Below, piece by piece: positions 24,401-36,100 of a stretch of 64,000 bases of DNA. The stretch comes from Callorhinchus milii (taxonomy: Eukaryota), in assembly GCF_018977255.1 (NCBI RefSeq), contig NW_024704742.1, positions 29,328,001 to 29,392,000 on the forward strand, in the 5' to 3' direction. Position numbers and translations under genes: made by a program. The notes beneath the pieces are model-generated. The model worked only from the letters and a program-made list of their open reading frames with translations, did not search any database and was not told the DNA's origin. How positions within the stretch are numbered: position 1 is the stretch's first letter; the number at the start of each line of letters is the position of its first letter.

Positions 24401-25962
24401 GAGCAACTGCGGCCCCATTGCACTATTCCCGGGTGCAGCGGCGCTCGCTCCCCGGCTTCCCTCCCCAAAGCCATTCCACCGAGGGAGGGGGGGAGGGGGG
24501 GGGGGGAGCCCCGGGGTAAGCAGGAAGAAGCCTTTGTATCGCCTCCCCCTCCGCGTCTCCTCCCCCTTTCCTCCGCCGCCACCATTCCCGTTATTGCTGC
24601 GTCCCTTTCCCCCCCTCCCCCCTCCCCCCCCCCCCTCCCTCGCTGGTCAGCGGCAGCTCAGGACAGGCCATTCAACTTCCGTGTTTACAGCCCCTCCCCC
24701 TCCCCCTCCCGCTGCCGCTCGCGCTCTCCCCCCACACACACACACACAGACACACACAGAGCATTCCAACCCGGCCCGGGCTCGCGTTCCATTCTCGCTC
24801 TCTCCCCGTCCACCCCCCGCGGGGCTCGCGCGCGCTATCCGGACCGCGTTCCATCGCCCCTCTCCCCCCCCCCCCCTCCCCGGGACCTCACTCAGCCCCA
24901 GTCCCTGTCAATCACCCGCGCGCCGCTTCCGCCAACATCAAACCTGGCGCTGCTGCACGGCACCGGGGCAGTGCCGGGCCGGGCAGGGCAGTGCCAGGCA
25001 GGGCAGTGCCGGGCCGGGCAGGGCAGGGCAGTGCCGTGCAGTGCAGAGCCGCGCCGCTCCGCTCAGCGGAGGGAGGAATTTCTGACTCGAAACGCAAAGC
25101 CACAAGGGCAGGACTCGAGAGAGAGAGAGAGAGAGAGAGCTTTGGGACAGGGCGAGAGAGGAAGAAAAGAGGAGGAGGAGGGAGGAGGGAGGAGATGCTG
25201 AGGGGAGGAGTGGCAAAGAGAGAGTCCCACTACCAATTATTAATTCGTTCGAAATATATTGATACATATATATATATGTGGTTTTTGAACTTAAAAAAAA
25301 TGGGCGCGGTAGCGTTCTTTTATTTACGTGTGAAAAGACTGGGAGGGGGGGGTGTGGGGGGGGGCATTAACGTGCCAAGACGTATGGGAGGGAGGGGGGG
25401 GAGGGGGGAGGGGGGAGGACAAGAAGCCACCAGCGCACTTCCTGGTTCCGCAGCTATTAATGTAAAGTAACGGCGAGCGAAGCCTCACACAGTCACTCAC
25501 ACACACACACACAGAGCAGCAAATCAAACCACACCACACGCTGCCCCTCTCTCTCTCCCTCTCTCCCTCCTCTCTCTCTCTCACACACGGTACTCTGCAT
25601 ACAGTAGTTTCCTTTTATTTTGAAGCCAACCATCTTCAACGTGCAACGAAACACACAACTTGATTTCCTTCCTTCCTTTCTCTTTCCTCTCCTCCCCCCC
25701 ACACACACACACACACACAAAGCAGGAAGAGAGCCCCTCTCGCCATGCAGGTTGCCAACAAGGTGCTCACTTCCTGATCTCTCTTCCCCTTTCCCTTCTT
25801 TCCTTACAGTAACGGGACTGGAGCAGACAGTTGCATTCCCCACCTCCCGTCTCTCCACACGGCGGCGGGGGGGGGGTGGGGGCTGACTCTCTGGGGGCTG
25901 TGTGTGTGGTGGGGGGGGGGAGTGGGGGCTTCGCAAAAGTTTGTTGGTCTGGCGGGTTTTAC

Positions 25963-26020
25963 CGGCTTGGATGAGGAGGTCCAGTTGGTTTTTCCGACCC
26001 TCGTGAAGTGAAGTCGCCAT
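25963..26020 (-). CDS. ELF2: ELF2 isoform B (NERF-1 type) alternative first coding exon, MATSLHEGRKNQLDLLIQA
   Basis: Resembles human ELF2B N-terminus MATSLHEGPTNQLDLLIRA. Good Kozak context aagATGG, donor G|gtaaaa, 58 nt, phase 1 (compatible with exon 13513-13629), inside a CpG-rich region. Confidence 0.93.
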
Positions 26021-26189
26021 CTTTCTCCGCAAACGGCAGCAGCAGCAGCTTCCCAGAGAGGGGGGGGGGGGGGGGGAGAGCTGATCGTATCACTGCGCAC
26101 CCACAGGAAATCTTCACAACACAACGCACAGCGCCGTATCCGTCCGCAAAAGCCAACACTTGCACCGTGTGTGCACAGAGACCCGAGTT

Positions 26190-26757
26190 ACACACATACA
26201 CAGACACACATACACACACAGACATACACACACATACACACAGACATACACACACAGACATACACACAGACATACACACACAGACATACACACATACACA
26301 GACATACACATACACACACAGACATACACACACATACACACACACACAGACACACAGACATAAATACACACACACCCACACATACACACACACACATACA
26401 TACACACACATACACACATACATACACACACATACATACACACACACACAGACATACACACACATACACACAGACATAAATACACACACATACATACACA
26501 CACAGACACACACACATACACACAGACACACATACACACACATACACACAGACATACACACACACCAACACACATACATACACACCCACACACATATACA
26601 CACATACATACACACACACACCCACACACATACATACACACACCCACACGCATACATACACAGACATGCATACATACACACATACATACATACACACATA
26701 CACATACGCACACACAGGCAAACACATACATACATACAGACATGCATACACACACGC
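26190..26757. repeat. ~570 bp compound (CA)n/(CATA)/(CAGA) microsatellite
   Basis: Directly visible; it generates the HT/CV-repeat ORFs in the track. Confidence 0.97.
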
Positions 26758-28515
26758 ACTTTCACACAACTCCTCCATGTTTTTCATTCCCTTTCCTATA
26801 AAAAGCTCCACAATCGATCTGATCCCTTGTTTTTTTTTCCTTCCCTTCTCTCTCTCTCTCCCCTCCATCTCTCCTGACTGTAACATTAAACGGAGGAGAG
26901 AGGGGGTCGTTGCTTTGTCCTCTCTCTCTCCCTCTCTCTAATGCCCACAAGAAGATGCACTAAAAGAACAGATCCGACACCAGGAGTCAGACTCCGCGGT
27001 GCAAACAGAGGCGGAGAACACACAGCGCGCGGTTCAGATCTCCGGTTATCGGTGCGGGATCCCCTCCCACAGAAAGTCAGGGGTTCTGTTAACACCAACA
27101 GCCGCGCCTCCGCCTGGTCTGCAGATCAGATCGGATCGGATCGGATCGGGTGCGACGTCCACACGTTGCATTCGGTTTTGCAAAGTTCTCGAAATCGAAG
27201 CGGAGCAAAGACGCTTTTCCAGCTCACGCTGTGTGGGGACGACTAAGGCGACGAGAGAGAGAGAAAAAAAAAGACCCCAACAAATGCAGGAGCTCCAGGA
27301 GTCAACGGGAGTCCTGATATTTGCTGCAGCAACAACAACAACAACAACAACAACAACAAGATTCCATTTATAGAGAGCGCCTTTCAGGTCGGGAGGACGT
27401 CCCGAGGCGCTGAAACTCTCAGGCAATGCGCGGGTGCGGTCTGGATCACTTGAACCGCAGCAGAAGGTCTCACGTTACTCGCAGAAACTGGGATTTTGCA
27501 ACAACATCAAGCGAAAGGGGCTCAGGTCGGGAGTGGCACGAAACCTTCCCGAATGTTTGGTTCGATTCGAAGCATAAAACTAACGACTAAAAGACCCGAA
27601 GGCAGTTTCGTGGTTGGAATGAATGGCGAAGCGGGTCCCAATGCAAACACTTTGGACGGATCGCCAATTTAATTTAAAGGGGCTGTCGTCATTGTGTGAT
27701 GAACACGGCCTGGGATTGTAAAGCTGTCACCATGCCACCAACCAACGGGGCTGCACAAAAACATGTCCTTGCTTGCTTTATTTATTTACTTTCATTTATT
27801 TATTCATTTGACAATTACTTCGGCTTCTGTCGTCATTTCGGCCAACTCGGTGGCAAGTAACCCGATGCCTAATGCGGAAATAATAAAACGATTTTTTGGT
27901 CGTGTCTCAGGACATTAATATCCAGGAATCGCTTTTATCAGATTACCCGTGTTAATCAGAGCTTCCTCGCCGTGTGCACAGTAAGGGATACTGCACACTG
28001 GTAAGACACATCAGCATATAACGTGTAAGAGAGCAATGCCTAACACACACCATCGGGGAACAGAAGTTGACGCAAGACGATATCTTAATTTTCTTTCAAC
28101 ACAGCCATTCGTGCATATGTTTGCATAACGTCTATCCCGTTAGCCATTTAACCCAATAGTTATGCAGACGAGGCCATGTCTGGCCGTAATTGAAATTGGA
28201 TGATCAAAAGACTTGAAAGGATACTTCAAAACTGTCTTTTTGTTTAAAAAAAGTGCTCAAGTTCCATTTTCTTCTATTGAACCGCCCCACTCAAAACTCA
28301 ATTAGTACAGCTCAAGAGAACTGGGACTGGAGATTTTGCACAGGGAAGATTTTACAACATTCATGTTAGGAAATATACCACACAAAGGCACTATTTAAAA
28401 AAAACTGCAACCACAGAAAATGAGGGCAAGCAACCACTTGCAGTTATAATCTCAATGAGTTCTGAAAAAGGTATAAGTTGCTTAAACCTTGAGGTTGTGG
28501 TTTTCTGTGGTCATT

Positions 28516-28546
<31 letters not shown>

Positions 28547-30499
28547 ACTTAGACCACATCATTCACGTTCGGTCTTTACTTTGATTATGCCAAATAAGGA
28601 AAAAATAGAGGGAATTGCAAGGCAGGAAAGCACAGATTCAGGTTTGTGAAGGGCAAGTTTAGGACTGACGCCAGAAAGTATTTCTTTACAGAGAGTAATT
28701 AAAAGATAGAACAGGAATGATGGTACAGACTAGGAGTTCAGATTTTAATAAAGCATTTATATGAAATAATACCTGTATTTGATGTAGCACCTTATTCCAA
28801 TGGCAAAACGATTTAGCACTTCACAACATTCACCAACGTGTAGTGTACCTCGAGGTCAAACATAGCAGCCAATTTGCACACAGCAATGTTCCACAAAGAG
28901 GAATGAAGTGAATGACCAATTTTATCTGTAGAATTGTTAGCCAGGACACCAAGAAAATCTCCCTTCTCTTTTCAATTGGTGCCACAAAATCTTAAAAGTC
29001 TACCTGTAGAGGCAGATGGGAGACTTCGGTTTAACATCACCCCCAAATGCTGGCAGCTCCAAAAGTGCATTGCATTGGAGCATCAGTCAAACTATCACAA
29101 CTGTTTTACAGCAGAAACTAGTAATTCAACAAGGAAGTACAGCTGTTGATCGGTATAGGCCTGAAGAATGGTTACATGTCATTGAGTTCAGCACATGTAT
29201 CTAAAGTAATAATAATCCTTGCATTTGATATAGCATCCTTCCATGTCATTGAAACATCTCAAAGCGCTTCACAGAATATAGGTTGACTGTGTATTTTGTG
29301 GGCGAAATGCAGCATCCAAGTTTTGTGCACAGCAATGTCCCACAAACAGCCATCAGAGTGAGTGAACAATTTTACTTGGGGTCAGGACTGGGAGAAACTC
29401 CCTTCTCTTTTCAAATTGTGCCATGGCATCTTCAATTTCGACCTGAACAGGCAGAAGGGACCTTGTTTCAACATCTCCTCCGGCAATGCAACACACCCCA
29501 GTACTTCATTGGAGTGTCACCTTAGACTATATGTTCCAAGTCCCAACGTGAGACTTTGAACCCACAACCTTCTGACTTAGAGGCAGGACTGCCACCACTG
29601 AGCCACGCTAACATTTCACTGCTGTCTTTTTACGTACTTCCTGGATGTGAAAATACTGTGTTTGGTCAGTTGTCATGATCCAGATTTCCCAGAGTTCAAA
29701 CTAAAACTAGCCAATTCCACCTTCATCTAGATCTGTGTAGGAGTTGCTTACATAATATGTCAGAATATATCAGAATTGCAACAACAAGATTACATTTGTA
29801 TAGCGCCTTTCACATCGGGAGGACGTCCCAAGGCGCTGGACAGTGTACAGAATTTCAGACCCGAGCTGGGGTCGGGGGGGGGGGGGGGGGGGGGGGAGAA
29901 GGGAGGGGAGGGGAAGGGGGGTGACCGATGGCATGGTCGAAGCGGAGTTAGCTGAGTGGAGGGAGCGGGCGGGTTGGTAGGGGGTTAGGAGACACAACAG
30001 AAATTGTCAAACATACCTATCTGTTTAAATCAATTCTCTTGTGCTAAAAACAGGGATGAAATGGAAAATAAGTTTTCTACAACTTTGGAAATTTATGAAT
30101 GCGAGCACAAAATGATAATGCAGTAATGCCCCCCCCCCCGAGTCACCAAGCTGAATCTGGCAATTTAAGTCATTGTACATTTTCAACTGGGTTCTCCCTT
30201 TCAAAAGAACAACAAATTGATCTGTAATTCTCCAGTAACTTTGTGGTCAAACCTCAGATAACATCTTCGTTTCCACAAGTGAGTATTTAAACTACCACTA
30301 GGTTTATAGTCAGTAATGTACAGCACATACGATTAACAAGGACAACAACAACAAATTACATTTGTATAGCGCCTTTCACATCAGGAGGACTTCCTTTGTA
30401 TGAAGTAAGGATATTTGTTCACAGCTGTAGCGTGAACCACACGTTTGAAAAAAATACACATCACAGAGTTAACCCAGACCTCAACCTTTATGTGGAATA

Positions 30500-30864
30500 A
30501 TGTGGCTTTGTGGTAAAAGGGACTCGCCTCATAAGCAAGAGGACCTGGATTTGATTGCCGGCAGGTCAAAACGTTGGGCAAGTTTCCTTACTCCACACAC
30601 CTCTGTTCACCAAGCAGTAATTGAGAACTCAAGTGTTTATCGATTGCCGGATTGCGATTCCAGGGGTAATAATCCCTCCGAAAAAGAAGATTTCAAAAAA
30701 TAATAATTTGGTCACTCAATCCACGACAGTTTGTGCAACACTGCTGTGCGCAATTGGCTGCCTCATTTTGCCCACAAAATATAGTTAATTCACTTCACAG
30801 TATATTCTGAGACATCTAGAAGACGTGATGAGGCACTATATCAAATGCAAGGACTATTATTATT
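30500..30864 (+). mobile_element. SINE, same family
   Basis: Degenerate head, Deu domain, tail. Confidence 0.8.
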
Positions 30865-32978
30865 ACAGCCATTTTAAACCTCAATCCAAAAGGTTAAAGA
30901 TTTTACTGTAATTGAAATTCGTCCAACTTTACAACTGTCTCGAAAGGCAAATTAGACTAATCAATAGTTTCATATCTGAAGGGAGATGGCTGTCAGAACT
31001 GATTAACATTTGCTTATTGTTGTGGTCTAAGCCTATTGCTGCAATAACTAGGCCCCTCCAATGTTGTACATCAAGGAAATAAGATGGATGCATCCCCAGA
31101 GTGGCTCTATTTACTTTAATAGGTGATGTATTTGGGCACTGAGGTAGGACAGGATTGATCTTGCCTGGAATGGCCCACTCCAGTCAGATAAGCCTGTGAC
31201 CTACATTAGTATATGAAGAATGGCCAGTAGGTTACATACCAAAGATCCACACCCCAGCAAGAGTCACCACCACAGAACAGTATCGGAAAGGGGAGAAAAC
31301 TAGAGCAAATCTTCTACTCTTACCCCATCTGATCGTTTCCGTTATCCTTCCACAATCCTCCTTTTCCAGTTGTATTGCTGTTAGTCTTTCCACTGTGAGG
31401 CAGACTTGTTGCATCAGTTAAATTGACAAGTGTGCGCTACATTTTTCTCATATTTGCTTTGCTCCATTTCTTGGGTATTCTCATCCACTAGTCTTGATCC
31501 TTTGCAGTTTTCATTTTTATTTCCACTTTCTTTATGCCCCTTTCTCTGCTCCCACATTTATTCTTCTCTTTTCTCATTTTCCATTCTCAATATTTGCAGC
31601 TTCTACAACCAGCAGTTTGGCTAGCTTTGCCTGTTAACACCAAATTACATACAGTCTGATGTTCTTCATTACCCATACTTCTACACAAAATGCGGTCCAC
31701 ATTATTCCAGGGCACTGCTGGTGACAAGACAGCCGATGAGCCATTTTAGAAAAATGGCTCATCGGCAGGATTTGGAGGAGCAGACCATTTAGCTCTTGTT
31801 AACCCTTTTTTTTTGGTCACCCAGGTGTCTGACATACAGAAACCCATCACCATGTTTAAGAATATCCAAACCAAGCTGGGATTTCCATGCATCCCACCTA
31901 CACATGGAAATCCCAGATAGATTGTTGGGATGGAATACACACTCTCTCCCTGAAAGGATGCATCCTGCCTACCTAATTCTGGAAAGTATTTAGATGCAAG
32001 TTGCAAGAGCCAAGGTGGGGACCCCAGAGTGTGCGTTGTGGTACTGCTGGAGTACTAGCAAGCTAAAACCAAAGCTTGCCATTGATATCGTTGTCTGGTA
32101 AGCTTTCCCGTTGCTTGTCCAGTTAGGACCATGCTAGCGGTTAGGACTTTGGCATAGCAACTCTCAGGTATTAACTTGTCTTATTCAGCAGCACACTCAC
32201 CTCGAATTAGAAGGTTGTGGGTTAAAGCCCTACACTGGAACTTGAACTCATCGTCTTGGCTGACACTCCAGTGGAGCACCAGGGAAGCTCTACTATATCG
32301 CCAGCGGTGCCTTTGTTTGGATATGATATTAAGCTGAGGTCATGTCTGCCTGTATTTCAAGTAGATGCTAAAGACTACATGGAACTAAACAAAAGGCCAA
32401 AGGGATTTTTTCCTAAATTCCAGGCCATCAATCATCTAGATTAATTGGTCATTTGGTTCATGGCTGCTCAAATGTGCCAAAAGAGACAAAGCCACTTGAC
32501 ATCATTTATCTCTAAACCAGTGCGAGATGTTTTGACTTTTATAGGCGTGATATCAAACCCAAGGATTAACAGCAATTCATATCGAGAGGGGATCAGTGTT
32601 TGATGAGCATAAGACGGAAGAAGGCAATCAAATGCATACCCTTTCACCTAGAACAATTGGGTACTTGAGCTTAATGTACAGATTGGTTCCAGCGAGTGGC
32701 TAGTCACTAAGAGCTTGAAGTTGATGCAAGTGGAACATTCCAGCAGGATAATCCCATCAAATTATTTGATAGATTATTCCCTACAGACTGACAGCAGAGG
32801 GCGACGTAGTCCACAAATCATTGTGATGCCTTTTAGAAAAATGGGAAGTTTGGAGTCTTAAACTCAAATAAAAAATGAGGTTGAGGGGATCAACGATAAA
32901 ATCATGTAGTTCACCAAACCAGAACAGACAGGATAGCAAATGAAGAAGAGTTTTCCAGGACAACATCTTTAGATTGAT

Positions 32979-33199
32979 AAAAGGCACAGTATTGCAGATG
33001 ATGGAAATCTGGTATAAACACAGAAGTCGCTGGGAACACGCAGCGGGTCAGGCAGCATCCATGGAGAGAGGAAAATTAGTTAACATTTCAGGTCAATGAC
33101 TTTTCATCAAAAGGTGATTGATCTGAAACATTAACTCATTTTCCTCTCTCCATGGATGCTGCCTGACCTGTTGCGTGTTTCAGCGACTTCTGTGTTTAT
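32979..33199. mobile_element. Palindromic (hairpin) element of Penelope-like / MER6-like chondrichthyan type, flanked by a 14-bp direct repeat
   Basis: Arms of ~90 bp (about 33013-33104 and 33109-33200) are reverse complements; ATCTTTAGATTGAT at 32965-32978 and 33200-33213. Confidence 0.8.
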
Positions 33200-36100
33200 A
33201 TCTTTAGATTGATGGTTGTCGTTGGTTCCTTTTGTGAGAAGCAGATTTACAATAACAGCAACTTGCAATTATATAGGGTCCTTTAAGCAGGGTTGCTTCT
33301 TAGAATCCTGAAAAGATTTAGTTCCCAAACTAAAGGTCGAGGAAGAGGGTTGATGTGAAAATCAGTAAAATAGTGGAGTACTTACCCTGGGAATCCATAC
33401 TCTACTGAAAATATCTCCCCTCTCCCCCACGCAGTTGAAAATATTCTTGGGGGGGGGGCAGTGAGTAAACCTCAGTTAATGGATTGGTCCCCTTTAAGAC
33501 AAGTGACCCGTTGGCTTGAATGACAGGTCTATCGACTAATGTCGATTACTTTTAATGATGATGGTCAGGTAAGGATGCCCCGATGAGATGCCTCCAAATT
33601 GAAAATCAGCAGGCACCGTCGACAAGTTGGGAGGGGGCAAAATGGGGCCCATGGATACTGTGAGTTGGGGCTGCTCAGAGGATTGGTTGTGGTCCTCCAA
33701 TGGCTCAGGGCTTTTCCCTCCCCAGCTCCACTTAAAGAGGTGAGCTGTATATAGATTTGGGGGTGCTGAGCCCCTCTAGCCCTAGCCACCAATGCACATA
33801 TACATAATAAATTGGTGACCCAGAGAAGATCTTGTGACCAAATCCTATTATTATTTGCTTCTCCCGAAAGACAAACTTTGGCTTCACGCCTGGGTTCAGA
33901 CCTGATGTGATGTTGTGTAAGTCCCCTCAACTCTGCTGGAACAGTTGATTGGTTTGTATAAATATTTAGTCACAAGAGAAATATAAAAAAACATTTGGGG
34001 AAAAGCAGGGGAATGGGACTAAACTGAATACGCTTTTGAAGAGCCAGCATAGGCATAATCGGCCAAATAATTTCCTTGTGTACTGAAAATTTCTATATGT
34101 CTATGGTTAAAGGGAAGGTGTTGTAAGACACAGCATGAAATAATTAGTGGTTGAAAATGGTCTTCTGATATAGGTAGTTAAGCTCAGAGACATTACTTTG
34201 CATGAAGGATGCTAAGTTATTGTTATTCTTTGATGTAGCATTTTAAACCTAGATTGTACATAAACAATAATCTGAGAAAATTCAAACACATTTAATGAAA
34301 TTAAGCTAAACGGCCAAACAAATATGGGTGGTGGTGGCACAGGCGGAGAGAAGAGAGATGTGATTTGGATTAGAAACCCTCTCAATAAGTGAAATAGATT
34401 GTCATGAGACTATTAATTAAAATAGTCCTTGCATTTGTTATCGAAATTTCTCAAAGTGCTTTACAGAATTTACTTTTAATTTAATTTACAATTGTGCGCA
34501 ATTGGTTGCCATGTTTCACCCACAAAATGTACAGTCAATTCACTTTGCAGAATATTCTGTGAAGCTCTTTGAAATGTCTCAATGACTTGATAAGGAGCTA
34601 TATCAAATATAAGGATTTTTATTATTATTATTAGAGTGCAGTGACTATTTTTTCAGAAAATAAAGAATAATTGTTCTCTAACAGTAGAAGCATAGTTATT
34701 GGGCTCAGGAAGTAATTTCGCCTACCGATTATACACTTACCATACTTTACAGCAAATCCTATTCTTTGAGATGTCCTCCCGACATAAAAGGCGCTTTATC
34801 AAATACGATTATTATTTTTAAAAAGTCACACAGATTTTGGTCATTCTTTTTCCTTAAAGAGCCTTGGATTCACTCATCACACCCAGGATACATGGAGTGC
34901 AAATATAGAAGAGTGACAACAGTCTATGGAACAATACATCTAATTCCTTTTAATTGCTATTGAAACCTGTATGCAGCTCAAACAGTGTAAATGGTTGATT
35001 GCTGTCTATTTTGTCTCGCTTACAAGGCATACTAACTGTTAAATTAAAATCTTAACGACAGTTAAAATCCACAAATTTCAGGTTGTGTTTTCCATTTAAG
35101 GTTATTTTGGAAAAATCTGAGATCAGGCTTTAATCTTCAACAAGAAAGCCACAGCACTTGAGCAAGAGGCTCACTTGCTTCCGTTTTAATATAAATGCAA
35201 TTAAGGGACAAGTCTCAGCCGCTTACTCACCCGATCGATCAATCTAAAAAAATGTCTGGTAAATACGCTACAGTGTTACCCGCTATCCATAATAATTGAG
35301 ATCAGACTCACTGTGGATATCGAAATATGCAGATAATAGGTCATCATACGGATTGTAATAAAGAGTGAATTTAAACTTACCCTGTACAATAATGTGCTCT
35401 CTGCACAGCACTGCATTTTCTATGTACAGTACTGATCGTAAAATCAAATGCAGCCACAATGACATTGTCACTCACTCACTAACCTCTACCTAACAGAAAC
35501 ATGAGTAAGATACTTAAGCAAAATAAATGAGGCACAATAAAGTTGTGACTTTGAACTCAATCGAGCTGACACTCCAATGCACCAATGTGAGTAGAGTGCT
35601 GCATTCTTTGGATGAGACATTAAACCAACTGCACATCAGACTTCCGGCTGACCATGTCCCATCTGCCTGTTCAGGTGAACTTAAAGATCCCATGACGACA
35701 CTTCTCAAAAAGGGAAGAGTTTCTCCTGGTGTTGCCCAACCCCCAAATAAAACTGGTCTCTCATGTCATGGCTGATTGTGGGACCTTGCTGGGTGCAAAC
35801 TGGTTGCTGTATTCACCTACAAGATACACGGTCATTGCAGTAAATCACGTGAAATGCTTTGAGGCATCCTCTCTGCTATATCAAATGCAAAGTTTTTTTT
35901 TATTAGTTGGGGCGGCAGAAATTTTTGTCATTATTTCTGCGCATTGAATTGATTCTGCAACAGTTCCTATTGAAACTGTTATAATTTGAATTCATTTACC
36001 ACTGTTACATTTTAACACACAGAAGACCACATGGCACTGCTCTTTTCCTGGGATCACGACTCAAATTTGTTCCAAGGATCATATTTGAGCAAAAGGTTAC

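Larger units (their letters stand above)
24220..27620. promoter_or_regulatory. CpG-island-like region around the ELF2B alternative first exon (internal promoter)
   Basis: CpG and GC density is visibly higher than in the flanking introns. Surrounds exon 25963-26020 and includes GC-rich low-complexity tracts and microsatellites. Confidence 0.75.

Noticed and set aside
24053..25470. Pro- and Gly-rich ORFs of 100-183 aa
   Set aside because: They arise from G/C homopolymers and GC-rich promoter sequence with few stops, and show no recognisable domain.
25959..26941. Long ORFs (213-289 aa) rich in His-Thr or Cys-Val
   Set aside because: They are translations of the compound CA microsatellite, open in most frames on both strands.
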